Shown piece by piece: positions 43,853 to 52,911 of a stretch of DNA of 64,000 bases. Made by a program: the position numbers and the translations under genes. Location: contig SVTR01000006.1 in NCBI GenBank assembly GCA_015063685.1, positions 7,852 to 71,851 on the forward strand. The letters are read 5' to 3'. The notes beneath the pieces are model-generated. The model did not search any database, was not told the origin of the DNA, and saw only the letters and a list, made by a program, of their open reading frames with translations. This DNA is from Oscillospiraceae bacterium. Lineage in GTDB: Bacteria; Bacillota; Clostridia; Oscillospirales; CAG-272. Numbering within the stretch: position 1 is the first letter of the stretch; every line of letters begins with the position of its first letter.

Positions 43853-43860
43853 AAAACTTG

Positions 43861-43889
43861 ACGTTTGCTCTTGAAAAATCTCCGGACAT
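43861..43889 (+). promoter_or_regulatory. sigma-70-type promoter candidate
   Basis: TTGAAA, 17 nt, TATAAT. Confidence 0.45.
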
Positions 43890-43928
43890 GGTGTATAATA
43901 TATTATTATGCTGTGACAGGAGGTAACC

Positions 43929-44804
43929 ATGCCCGATCTGACCCTTGAATTGCATCCGCACATTCTATCGGACATGCTGATTTGTCCTGTTTGCGGATCA
44001 AATCTCCATATTTCCGAAAATCATCAAAGCCTCGTCTGCGGAGGCATAAAGCAACATTGCTTTGATGGCGGTGGCGGAGGATATCTTCCCCTGGCTCCTC
44101 GGCACAGTGGCGGTGGGGACAGCAAGGAGGCTGTCAGATACCGCACGGCTTTTCTGTCCGCGGGTTACTACCGACCGGCCGCAGAGGCCCTGTGCGTGCT
44201 TGTCAAAAAGTACGTGCCCGAAAGCGGAAAGATCATTGACGCCGGATGCGGGGAAGGGTACTACTCCAACCTGATTGCTGACAGCGGGTATTGCGTGGCA
44301 GGTTTCGATCTTTCCAAGTTCGCCGTGGATGCCGCCGCTAAAGCCGCTAAAAGGATAAGAAGTGAAAGACCTTCACAAACCGTCTACGCGGTGGGAAGCG
44401 TTTTCGAGCTTCCGTTGCGAAATGAATGCGCTGACGGTGTCATCAATATCTTCGCTCCCTGTGCCCCTGAAGAATATGCCCGCGTTTTGAAGGATGACGG
44501 TATTTTGATCGTGGCGGGTGCGGGAGAGGATCATTTGATGGGTCTGAAAAAGGTGATCTACGACGATCCCTACCTCAACGAAGGCCGTCGCGATCTTCCT
44601 GAGGAAGGCGTTTTCTTCCACCTGCTGGACAAGCTGACGGTCAGCTTTGATATCACCATCACAGATCCCGATCACATGGAGGCATTGTTTTCCATGACCC
44701 CTTATTACTGGCGCACGAGCCGCGGCGACCACGAAAAGCTGAGAAGTTGCCCCGAGCTGTCTACCCCTGTTACCTTCGATTTCTTTGTCTATCAAAAAAT
44801 ATAA
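43929..44804 (+). CDS. RlmA(RrmA)-like 23S rRNA methyltransferase
   Basis: GGAGGT RBS. N-terminal CPVC...C zinc motif, SAM motif IIDAGCGEGYY, and C-terminal YYWR. Confidence 0.7.
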   Translation: MPDLTLELHPHILSDMLICPVCGSNLHISENHQSLVCGGIKQHCFDGGGGGYLPLAPRHSGGGDSKEAVRYRTAFLSAGYYRPAAEALCVLVKKYVPESGKIIDAGCGEGYYSNLIADSGYCVAGFDLSKFAVDAAAKAAKRIRSERPSQTVYAVGSVFELPLRNECADGVINIFAPCAPEEYARVLKDDGILIVAGAGEDHLMGLKKVIYDDPYLNEGRRDLPEEGVFFHLLDKLTVSFDITITDPDHMEALFSMTPYYWRTSRGDHEKLRSCPELSTPVTFDFFVYQKI

Positions 44805-44827
44805 CTTCACCGAAAGGATGTTTTCCC

Positions 44828-45553
44828 ATGAAGATTTCTCTCTGTATCCCCATGTATAACGAAAACAGCATCATCGCTGACACCGCCAAGACCCTCCACG
44901 AGTATATGTCTGCCAATTTTGAGGATTACGAGATCCTTTTCTCCAATGACGGCTCCAAGGACGGTTGCGACAAGACTGTGGAAGAGATGAATCTTCCCAA
45001 TGTCCGCGTGGTAGGTTATCCCGTGAACCAGGGCAAGGGCTGTGCCGTCCGCACGGCTATGCTGGAAGCCACCGGAGACGTGGTCATGTTCACCGACGCC
45101 GATCTGGCCTACGGCACTGACGTGATCAAGCGGGTGTACGACGCTTTCGTAGAAACCCCTGAGGCAGAGCTTGTCATTGGCTCCCGCAACCTGTCGGGTG
45201 ACGGTTATGAGGGCTATACCTTCATTCGAAAGCTGGCCTCCAAGATCTATATCAAGGTGCTGTGCTTCGTGGGCGGCTTCAAGCTTTCCGATTCCCAATG
45301 CGGATGTAAGGCGTTCCGCAAGGATGCCGTGCAGAAGATCTTTACCCGTTGCGAGGTCAATGGCTTCGCTTTTGACTTTGAGGCTATCCTCTGGGCTTCC
45401 AAGTTCGGCATGAAGATCAAGGAGATCCCCGTGAAGGTCATCAACCACCGCGAGTCCAAGGTTCACGTGTTCAGCGACACCTTCAAGATGCTGAAGGATC
45501 TGCGTAAGATGAAAAAGCGTATCGGCAAGGTCAATATCGAGTCCAATCTGTAA
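44828..45553 (+). CDS. family 2 glycosyltransferase (polyprenyl-phosphate sugar synthase-like)
   Basis: ISLCIPMYNE, NDGSKD and FTDADL motifs. Confidence 0.8.
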   Translation: MKISLCIPMYNENSIIADTAKTLHEYMSANFEDYEILFSNDGSKDGCDKTVEEMNLPNVRVVGYPVNQGKGCAVRTAMLEATGDVVMFTDADLAYGTDVIKRVYDAFVETPEAELVIGSRNLSGDGYEGYTFIRKLASKIYIKVLCFVGGFKLSDSQCGCKAFRKDAVQKIFTRCEVNGFAFDFEAILWASKFGMKIKEIPVKVINHRESKVHVFSDTFKMLKDLRKMKKRIGKVNIESNL

Positions 45554-45599
45554 TTCCATCATCCGTAGAAACCACCATCACATAGAAGGAGACATCACC

Positions 45600-46187
45600 A
45601 TGCATATCACTATCACAGGCCGCTTGGGCAGCGGTAAGTCCACCGTGGCCAAGATTCTTGTCGAAAAGCACGGCTACACCTACTATTCCACGGGTAACAT
45701 CATGCGCGAGCTGGCCCAGGAAGCAGGCATCAGCATTCTGGAATATAATCAGCGTTGCGTCAGCGACCCCACCGAGGACAGAAAGATCGACGACCGCACC
45801 CGCGAGGTGGCCATCCGTATGCAGGAGCAAGGGGAGAATTTGATCTTCGACTCCCGCATGGCCTGGTTCTTCGCCCCTGATACCTTCAAGGTCTACGTCA
45901 CCGTGGATCCCTGCGTGGCCGCCCGCCGCGTGGGTATTGACCCCCGGCCCGGCGAGCCCTGCTCCGAGTGCGAGATCTATGAGGAGCTGGAGCAGAGAAG
46001 TAAGGTGGAGCAGCAACGCTTCATCCAGTTCTACGGCGCAGGCGCGGACTACTATGATTGGAACAACTTCAACCTTATCGTGGATTCCACCAACCGCACC
46101 CCCGACGAGATCGCCGAGATCATCTGGACGAGCTATGAGGCCTACAAGGCCGATCCCGCCGGAAACCAACATAAGGAATATCTGTGA
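45600..46187 (+). CDS. cytidylate-kinase-like P-loop kinase
   Basis: ITITGRLGSGKSTVAKIL Walker A; a small AAA/NMP-kinase fold. Confidence 0.65.
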   Translation: MHITITGRLGSGKSTVAKILVEKHGYTYYSTGNIMRELAQEAGISILEYNQRCVSDPTEDRKIDDRTREVAIRMQEQGENLIFDSRMAWFFAPDTFKVYVTVDPCVAARRVGIDPRPGEPCSECEIYEELEQRSKVEQQRFIQFYGAGADYYDWNNFNLIVDSTNRTPDEIAEIIWTSYEAYKADPAGNQHKEYL

Positions 46188-46191
46188 TAGA

Positions 46192-46226
46192 AAGGTCCGC
46201 TTCGTTTGAGGCGGATCTTTTTGTTT
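46192..46226 (+). terminator. rho-independent terminator
   Basis: AGGTCCGC...GCGGATCT followed by TTTTGTTT. Confidence 0.65.
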
Positions 46227-46410
46227 AATCTCAGCGGTCAATCACGTATGAAATAGGTTTTGCTTTGTTGACAAAGATAAAATAATATGTTATTATAATG
46301 GTAGCAGCAAGTTCTGTCCACTATGCTGTAGAAGCCATGAAATCCTGCGGCCGCCACTACGTCGGAGACTGCGAAATTATTTTGCGCCATGTATAGAGAG
46401 GAAGATAGCA

Positions 46411-47652
46411 ATGAAAAATCTGTGTTTATGTACTGTCTGCTTAATTTTACTTGCTTGCATGGTTTCTTGCGGAACAAAGGAAAATAAGGTTTTGGAAACC
46501 TCTTCGGAAAATACGATTCAAGAGGAAATGGAGCCTTTCGAGATTCCTCGGGTCAGCGGTGAATGGCCAAGGGCTTGTGAGATCCTATTGGGCGATCTGT
46601 CGGATTGGCCGTTTCAAGTAGGTGATGTTGTGGACCGATTGCAAATATTTTGCACTCACAATATGGATTTATATGATGGAATGCACAATTATGACGTTGA
46701 TGTCAGGGTTGAAGATGATACCATTATGAAGATTTTCTTTGATAAAGAGAAATTGATGGATGGGCTTGAAGATGATGGTATTACGGTTGTGTGCCTTAAA
46801 GCAGGAACCACGCGCATTAGAGTAAAAATGACTTACCGTCCCACGGGCGGCACCTATGCCACGTATGCCACTGTTACGGTGACGGATCCTGTTACTCGCG
46901 GCGATTGGCCGGATGCAGTAAATCTCGGATTTGGATCTCAGACGTACGAATGTCAAACCGGTAAATTGTTTGATGATTTTGAGATTGTTTCTCTCGGCAA
47001 TACCGATCACCCGTACGGCTTGGAGAATTATCATATAGAAGTTAAAACTCAAGACCCCGATATTTTAGAGGTGATCTCGCTTGATAAATACGGGATTTTT
47101 AAAAACAAAGACGAGGGCATACTGATCGTTCGCGGCTTGAAGCCCGGCACAACGACACTTACCGTCACCATGACCTATATTCCCACGGGTGGCTCTGAGG
47201 ATACCACGACCACCGTCAAGGTCGTCGAAGCGAATGATGAAGAAACTGCACCCGTAGTCGATGAGAGCGGAGACGTGTGGAAGGTACGCATCATACCGGC
47301 GGTGGCGCAGTATATTTATAAAGTTCAGACGGGCGAGACATTTGATCTCTTTGAAATTTCATTTGAATGCTCCGATTGCAAGAGCCAATATCATCCCACG
47401 TATTGCGACTATCACGGTATCGGATATGACTATGATGATTACCGTTTTGATGTTGTCTCGGAAAATCCTGAGATTTTAGAGATCGTGTCTTACAACAAAT
47501 ATACTATTATGAATGCCGAGCTCACAGGCGGTATCACCGTCAAAGGACTGAAGGCGGGCGCGACCGGTATCCAGCTTACCATGACCCACATACCCACGGG
47601 AAAGACCCTCACGGTTGATGCCGCAGTCGAAGTCACGGATTCCGGCGCTTGA
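46411..47652 (+). CDS. lipoprotein with three copies of a ~115-aa Ig-like (Big_2-like) repeat
   Basis: LILLACMVSC lipobox. Three repeats each end ...GLKxGTTxLxVxMTYxPTG...V.V.D. GC is lower than the flanking genes. Confidence 0.7.
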   Translation: MKNLCLCTVCLILLACMVSCGTKENKVLETSSENTIQEEMEPFEIPRVSGEWPRACEILLGDLSDWPFQVGDVVDRLQIFCTHNMDLYDGMHNYDVDVRVEDDTIMKIFFDKEKLMDGLEDDGITVVCLKAGTTRIRVKMTYRPTGGTYATYATVTVTDPVTRGDWPDAVNLGFGSQTYECQTGKLFDDFEIVSLGNTDHPYGLENYHIEVKTQDPDILEVISLDKYGIFKNKDEGILIVRGLKPGTTTLTVTMTYIPTGGSEDTTTTVKVVEANDEETAPVVDESGDVWKVRIIPAVAQYIYKVQTGETFDLFEISFECSDCKSQYHPTYCDYHGIGYDYDDYRFDVVSENPEILEIVSYNKYTIMNAELTGGITVKGLKAGATGIQLTMTHIPTGKTLTVDAAVEVTDSGA

Positions 47653-47788
47653 CTTATTCGTGCGAGGTAACAGCGGCAATGCAAAGTTCGATTGAGGATG
47701 CGATATTTACATCCATGACAAGTTGTTCTAGACATTACGCTGGTGATAGTGCTATCGTACTCAAGCACATATCATAAGGAGGCAGCAC

Positions 47789-48331
47789 ATGAAAAAAACA
47801 CTTCTTTTCGCATTCATGACTGTGTGCATGAGTATTTGTATAACCTCCTGTGCCGTTTTCACAAGCCGTGATACAGAAACTGAATCGATGATATTGACCG
47901 AACCACAAACATATCGCCCAATCGATGTTGGAGAGGCTTATCCCGGTGAATACGAAACATTATGCATCGGCGATGGTGGCCTCAATACGCCCATCGGGTT
48001 TCCGAACAACTTCATTCTCGGAAATCCTATTGTTCGTGTAGATGCCGGTTTTGAATCCGATGGTTTGATCACTCTTTATCTCGTATGTCATCCCGAATGT
48101 GATATGAGCGCGTACAAGGTGGAAGTAACGACTGATGATCCTGAAATTATGCGAATTGGAGCAGTAGATAAGGATGCGTTGCTTTCTTGTCAAACGGGAG
48201 GCATAGCTTTGAAAGCTCTCAAACCCGGAACGGCACATATCTACATCAAGCTTACCTATACCCCCACGGGTGAAAGTGCCACGATGCAACAGATTGTTAT
48301 CGTCCGTGATCCCGCCGAAGCCACAGACTAA
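47789..48331 (+). CDS. lipoprotein with one copy of the same repeat domain (paralog of 46411-47652)
   Basis: AAGGAGG RBS, CITSC lipobox, and ...ALKALKPGTAHIYIKLTYTPTGESATMQQIVIVRDP. Confidence 0.7.
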   Translation: MKKTLLFAFMTVCMSICITSCAVFTSRDTETESMILTEPQTYRPIDVGEAYPGEYETLCIGDGGLNTPIGFPNNFILGNPIVRVDAGFESDGLITLYLVCHPECDMSAYKVEVTTDDPEIMRIGAVDKDALLSCQTGGIALKALKPGTAHIYIKLTYTPTGESATMQQIVIVRDPAEATD

Positions 48332-48505
48332 CGCCTTCGTAGGGGAGGGGCTTGCTCCTCCCGCCTAAAACAAATTTCATATTCCTCCCTGAGAGACCGC
48401 ACGCACGGTCTCTCAAGTTTTTTGTCCCCAAAATTCAAATTCACTTCAAATTATTACCAAAATCCCCTGGCACAAGAAATTTTATGAATTTTTTTGCCGA
48501 ACCTC

Positions 48506-48534
48506 TTGCAAAAATACCAAATGTATGCTATAAT
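48506..48534 (+). promoter_or_regulatory. sigma-70-type promoter of the citrate synthase gene
   Basis: TTGCAA, 17 nt, TATAAT with a TGC extended -10. Confidence 0.6.
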
Positions 48535-48600
48535 ATAAAAAGCTATTCTCCCAACCTTTACATTCGGGAGACAACATTCCTTTACAAGGAGGATATATTC

Positions 48601-50001
48601 GTGCAATTTTCCAATCAAATCCCCCCCGAACCTCGGGAGCAAATAGAAAGAGAAGAGCGCGCAGAGCGAGAGTTTGACCATCTCCTGTCCACCGCCCGCT
48701 CCGCCTACGATATTCCTCGTTCCGCATTCGACGGCTACCGAGTCAAGCGAGGCCTCCGTGAGCCCGACGGCACGGGCGTCACCGCAGGTGTTACCAAGGT
48801 GGGTAACGCTCACGGCTACGTGGTCAGCGAGGGAGAAAAGTATCCCGTGGAGGGTGTGCTGGAATACCGCGGCTACGATATCCGTGACCTCATCGAGCAT
48901 TTCACCGCCGAGGGCCGCTTTGGCTTTGAGGAGTGTGCCTACCTTCTGTTCTTTGGCCATCTGCCCTCACGCGACGAGCTTTCTGAGTTCAACGACGTGC
49001 TGGCCACCCTTCGCCGCCTGCCCCCCAGATTCACCGAGGACATCATCATGAAGGCTCCCTCGTCGTCCATCATGAACAAGCTCCAAAGCTCCGTCCTCTC
49101 CCTCTACGCCTACGATCCCGACCCCGACGGACTCTCCCTGGAAAATATGCTCCGTCAATCTATGGAGTTGGTGGCTCGCCTCCCCGTCATCGCCGCCCAG
49201 TCCTACGCAGTCTACCGTAGCGCGTTCTTTAATAAGTCTTTGACCATCCATAACCCCCGCGACGAGCTGTCCACCGCTGAGAACTTTCTCCGCGTCCTTC
49301 GTTCCCACAAAAACTACACCGAGGAAGAAGCCCACCTTTTGGACGTTTGTCTCGTCATCCATGCCGAGCATGGCGGCGGTAACTGCTCCACCTTTGCTAC
49401 CCGCGTGCTGTCCTCCTCGGGTACCGATACCTATTCCGCCATCAGCGCGGGCATCGGTGCGTTGAAGGGTCCCCGTCACGGCGGTGCCAACCTGAAGGTG
49501 CAGCAGATGTTTGATTGTATCAAGGAAAACGTGGACGATATCCACAATGAGGACGAGCTGACATCCTTCCTCTACCGCATCCTCAAGGGCGAGGCAGGGG
49601 ATGGCAGCGGCCTCATCTACGGCATGGGCCACGCGGTCTACACCAAGTCTGACCCCCGCGCCGTCATGCTGAAAAAGTACGCCCGCAAGCTGGCCTACGA
49701 TAAGGGCTTCGGCGAGGATTTCGAGCTGCTGGAGTCCATTGAGCGTATCACCCCCGACCTCTTCCGTGCCTTCAAGGGTACCACGGGTGATATGTGCGCC
49801 AACGTGGATCTCTATTCCGGACTTGTTTACCGTATGCTGGATATCCCCGTGGAGATGTATACCCCCCTCTTCACCATCGCCCGCGTCACCGGCTGGTGTG
49901 CCCACCGCATGGAGGAGTATATGACCTCCAATAAGATCATCCGTCCCGGTTATAAGTGTATCGCAAAGGCGAGACCTTACGTGGACATCGAAAACCGATA
50001 A
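48601..50001 (+). CDS. citrate synthase
   Basis: GTG start 8 nt after AAGGAGG. GLREPDGTGVTAG..., HAEHGGGN, GPRHGGAN and GMGHAVY motifs. Confidence 0.85.
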   Translation: MQFSNQIPPEPREQIEREERAEREFDHLLSTARSAYDIPRSAFDGYRVKRGLREPDGTGVTAGVTKVGNAHGYVVSEGEKYPVEGVLEYRGYDIRDLIEHFTAEGRFGFEECAYLLFFGHLPSRDELSEFNDVLATLRRLPPRFTEDIIMKAPSSSIMNKLQSSVLSLYAYDPDPDGLSLENMLRQSMELVARLPVIAAQSYAVYRSAFFNKSLTIHNPRDELSTAENFLRVLRSHKNYTEEEAHLLDVCLVIHAEHGGGNCSTFATRVLSSSGTDTYSAISAGIGALKGPRHGGANLKVQQMFDCIKENVDDIHNEDELTSFLYRILKGEAGDGSGLIYGMGHAVYTKSDPRAVMLKKYARKLAYDKGFGEDFELLESIERITPDLFRAFKGTTGDMCANVDLYSGLVYRMLDIPVEMYTPLFTIARVTGWCAHRMEEYMTSNKIIRPGYKCIAKARPYVDIENR

Positions 50002-50010
50002 CCGAAAAAC

Positions 50011-50045
50011 AGCCCGACGGCACACCGTCGGGCTATTTTTTCTTT
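50011..50045 (+). terminator. rho-independent terminator
   Basis: AGCCCGACGG-CACA-CCGTCGGGCT followed by ATTTTTTCTTT. Confidence 0.85.
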
Positions 50046-50105
50046 CCTTATCACATGTGACCAAAACCTTGCCAAGAAAAAAATAATATTCTCTGTTTTG
50101 CCATA

Positions 50106-50134
50106 TTGCAATTCAAGTGAACGCATGATATAAT
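50106..50134 (+). promoter_or_regulatory. sigma-70-type promoter
   Basis: TTGCAA, 17 nt, TATAAT. Confidence 0.6.
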
Positions 50135-50171
50135 ATATATGTAAGAAATATAGCCATGAAAGGAGCCGACC

Positions 50172-51701
50172 TTGCGTAAGATTCTACTTCTCAAGATCCG
50201 GGAATCATTCACCTCGGTGTTTCCCGTAGCAGCCATCGTGCTGCTGCTCAACCTCACCCCCCTTGTCAACTTTACCTGGGCTGAAATGGGGGTTTTTGCT
50301 GTTTCCGCATTTTTTCTGATCCTTGGTATTGGCCTCTTTAATATGGGCGCCGACATGGCTATGACCCCTATGGGTGAGCACATGGGCTCAGGCTTGACCA
50401 AGACGGGTAAGCTGGGTCTGCTTTTGTCAGTATGCTTTGCCATGGGCTTGTTTATCACCATTGCTGAGCCTGATCTTACGGTGCTGGCTGAGCAGGTACA
50501 AGGCGTCATCCCTGAAAAAATGGTGCTGATCATCACCGTTGGCGTGGGCGTTGGCCTCTTTTTGCTCCTTTCCGTAATCAAAATGGTCACCCATAAATCT
50601 CTGCCGACCCTGCTCATGTTTTTCTATATGATCATGTTCATGGTAACTGCTTTGGTCATTGTCAATGGGAACGAAGGCTTTCTCGCCCTCTCCTACGATT
50701 CCGGCGGTGTGACAACCGGCCCCATTACCGTGCCCTTTATTATGGCACTGGGTGTAGGTATTGCGTCGACCCTGGGCGGAAAGAACGTGAGTGAAAACAG
50801 CTTTGGTCTTGTGGCTATGTGTTCGGTGGGTCCCATTCTGGCGGTATTGCTTTTGGGCATGACAAATTCCGGCGAAATTACATACACCGTCCCCGGAGAT
50901 TATACCCAGAGTGTCAACTGGAATCTTCTGCTGACAACAGTGCTTCACACCATGAAAGAGGTAGCGATTGCCGTCGGCCTCATCGTTGCTTTCTTTATCA
51001 TTCTGCAGATCACCTGCCTTAAGCTCCCCAAAAAGCGCCTGGTTCAGATCTCTGTAGGCATTCTCTATACTTTCGTGGGCCTTGTGGTGTTCCTGACCGC
51101 AGTAAAGGTGGGATTTGTGCCTACGGGCTACCGCTTGGGCCGTGAGTTGGCAGGGAATAACAAGATCCTTGTGGTAATCTTTGGCTTTGTTTTGGGTCTT
51201 GTGACGGTTCTGGCCGAGCCCGCCGTTCACGTGCTGAACAAGCAGGTAGAGGATGTAACCGACGGTACTGTCAGCAAGCGCTCCATGATGATCGCACTCT
51301 GTATCGGTGTGGGCGCTTCTATCGCCCTCTCCATGATTCGTATCATATTTGATTTCAGCATTCTCTATTATCTGATCCCCGGATATCTCATTTCCCTGGG
51401 TCTGTCTTTCTTTGTCCCCGGGTTGTATACCGCCATTGCCTTTGACTCGGGCGGCGTGGCAAGCGGACCCTTGACCTCCAGCTTTGTTTTGCCTCTGGCG
51501 GTGGGGGTATGTTGCGTTATCCAGGGGGAATCTCATGTAATGAGTGACGCTTTCGGCTTGGTTGCTATGGTTGCCATGGCTCCCCTGATCACCATCCAGC
51601 TTCTCGGCTTCCGCGCCGTTGTGGCCAAGAAGGTACAGGATCGTATCGCTATGCGCCGTATCCTTGCCGCTGATGATGAGCAGATCATCGATTTTAACTG
51701 A
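50172..51701 (+). CDS. DUF1538-family polytopic membrane protein (duplicated domain)
   Basis: TTG start 6 nt after AAAGGAG. About 12 hydrophobic helices. The two halves are similar (SYDSGGVTTGPITVPF vs AFDSGGVASGPLTSSF). Confidence 0.7.
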   Translation: MRKILLLKIRESFTSVFPVAAIVLLLNLTPLVNFTWAEMGVFAVSAFFLILGIGLFNMGADMAMTPMGEHMGSGLTKTGKLGLLLSVCFAMGLFITIAEPDLTVLAEQVQGVIPEKMVLIITVGVGVGLFLLLSVIKMVTHKSLPTLLMFFYMIMFMVTALVIVNGNEGFLALSYDSGGVTTGPITVPFIMALGVGIASTLGGKNVSENSFGLVAMCSVGPILAVLLLGMTNSGEITYTVPGDYTQSVNWNLLLTTVLHTMKEVAIAVGLIVAFFIILQITCLKLPKKRLVQISVGILYTFVGLVVFLTAVKVGFVPTGYRLGRELAGNNKILVVIFGFVLGLVTVLAEPAVHVLNKQVEDVTDGTVSKRSMMIALCIGVGASIALSMIRIIFDFSILYYLIPGYLISLGLSFFVPGLYTAIAFDSGGVASGPLTSSFVLPLAVGVCCVIQGESHVMSDAFGLVAMVAMAPLITIQLLGFRAVVAKKVQDRIAMRRILAADDEQIIDFN

Positions 51702-51715
51702 CAGGAGGTACCCAT

Positions 51716-52123
51716 ATGGCAAAATTTATCCGCAAACGGGAACCTTCCGTTCCCCAGAAAATGACTGTACAGTCGGAGCGCATGTCCGCGCCTCGTAAGT
51801 TGACCCTGCTTGTCACCGTGGTCAACCGTAATAAGGCCGAATTTTATGCAGACTTTCTCCAGTCCTTTGAGATCAATATGCAGCTTATTATGAACGCCGA
51901 GGGAACCGCTTCTCAGGAAACACTTCACTACCTTGGTCTCGTAGAGACGGATAAAGCCGTGATCTTCAGCGTTATCCGCGAGGATCGCGCCGTGGAAGCT
52001 CTTTCCGCCCTCGGACAGAAATTCAAGACCATCAAAAACGGCAAGGGTATTGCCTTTACCACCCCCATGACGGGAACTATCGGTGTCGCCATCTACCAGT
52101 TCCTGTCCAACACACAAGCATGA
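51716..52123 (+). CDS. P-II-like (GlnB-fold) protein with N-terminal extension
   Basis: GGAGGT RBS. KLTLLVTVVNRNKAEFYADFL...AVIFSVIRED fits a beta-alpha-beta P-II-like pattern. Confidence 0.55.
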   Translation: MAKFIRKREPSVPQKMTVQSERMSAPRKLTLLVTVVNRNKAEFYADFLQSFEINMQLIMNAEGTASQETLHYLGLVETDKAVIFSVIREDRAVEALSALGQKFKTIKNGKGIAFTTPMTGTIGVAIYQFLSNTQA

Positions 52124-52147
52124 TCGTGTCATAGGAGGTATTTGATT

Positions 52148-52480
52148 ATGAGTAATTATCAGCATGAAGTCATCTTCTGCATCGTCAACGCAGGTTATAG
52201 CGAGGCCGTGATGGATGCCGCCAAGGAATTCGGCGCTCGTGGTGGCACCGTTATCCACGCCAGAGGTACTGCCAATAAGGAGGCTGAAAAGCGCTTTGAG
52301 ATCACCGTCACTCCTGAAAAGGAGATGGTTATGATCTTGGTTCCTACTGAGATTCGTGACGATATCCTCCATGCCCTTTATCGCTCCGTGGGTCTTAAAA
52401 CCCCCGGCCAGGGTATTGCCTTCGCCTTGCCCGTGGACAGCGTGGTGGGACTGACTCCCGAAGAGGCGCCCAAAGCTTGA
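52148..52480 (+). CDS. P-II family protein
   Basis: ATG 8 nt after GGAGGT. VIFCIVNAGYSEAVMDAAKEFGARGGTVIHARG...MVMILV... is a P-II-like fold signature. Confidence 0.6.
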   Translation: MSNYQHEVIFCIVNAGYSEAVMDAAKEFGARGGTVIHARGTANKEAEKRFEITVTPEKEMVMILVPTEIRDDILHALYRSVGLKTPGQGIAFALPVDSVVGLTPEEAPKA

Positions 52481-52570
52481 TTTTGAAGTCTCGGAAACCG
52501 GAACTTGCAAAATAATGTCAAAGTCACGGAATTTTCTTAGAGAAAATGAAAGAAAATTGACAAATCCCCC

Positions 52571-52599
52571 TTGACAAAACACCATTTTTATGGTATAAT
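52571..52599 (+). promoter_or_regulatory. consensus sigma-70 promoter of the ilv-leu operon
   Basis: TTGACA (52571-52576), 17-nt spacer, TATAAT (52594-52599) preceded by TGG (TGnTATAAT). Confidence 0.8.
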
Positions 52600-52652
52600 C
52601 CATCGTGTTTATTTCAGTTGCGTTTGACGCGATTTTCGATAAGAGGTAACTC

Positions 52653-52778
52653 ATGATGTTCGTTCATGCTCTCAACAGCATATTGCTTGTCAGCATTATT
52701 CTACTGGGCCTTGTACTTGTAGCCGCAGAGGATAGTGCTAAAAGCTGTGCCATGAGATGCGTGAACCGTTCCGTATGA
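52653..52778 (+). CDS. candidate ilv-leu leader peptide (41 aa, Ile/Leu/Val-rich)
   Basis: AAGAGG RBS 6 nt upstream. MMFVHALNSILLVSIILLGLVLVAAEDSAKSCAMRCVNRSV; residues 10-23 are 12/14 I/L/V. Lies between the promoter and a strong terminator directly upstream of ilvB. Confidence 0.5.
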   Translation: MMFVHALNSILLVSIILLGLVLVAAEDSAKSCAMRCVNRSV

Positions 52779-52847
52779 TGTTTTAGGAAATCTTCAAAGT
52801 ATCACCTATACCGAAACATCAAATCTGGAACCGTACATGATATGCAA

Positions 52848-52889
52848 GCCCCACGGTCAGCTTTCGGATCGTGGGGCTATCGTTTTATT
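52848..52889 (+). terminator. attenuator-type rho-independent terminator in the ilvB leader
   Basis: 11-bp stem GCCCCACGGTC / GATCGTGGGGC (includes one G-U pair), 8-nt loop, then TATCGTTTTATT. It ends 22 nt before the ilvB start. Confidence 0.75.
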
Positions 52890-52911
52890 CAATTCAAAGG
52901 AGAATTCACTC

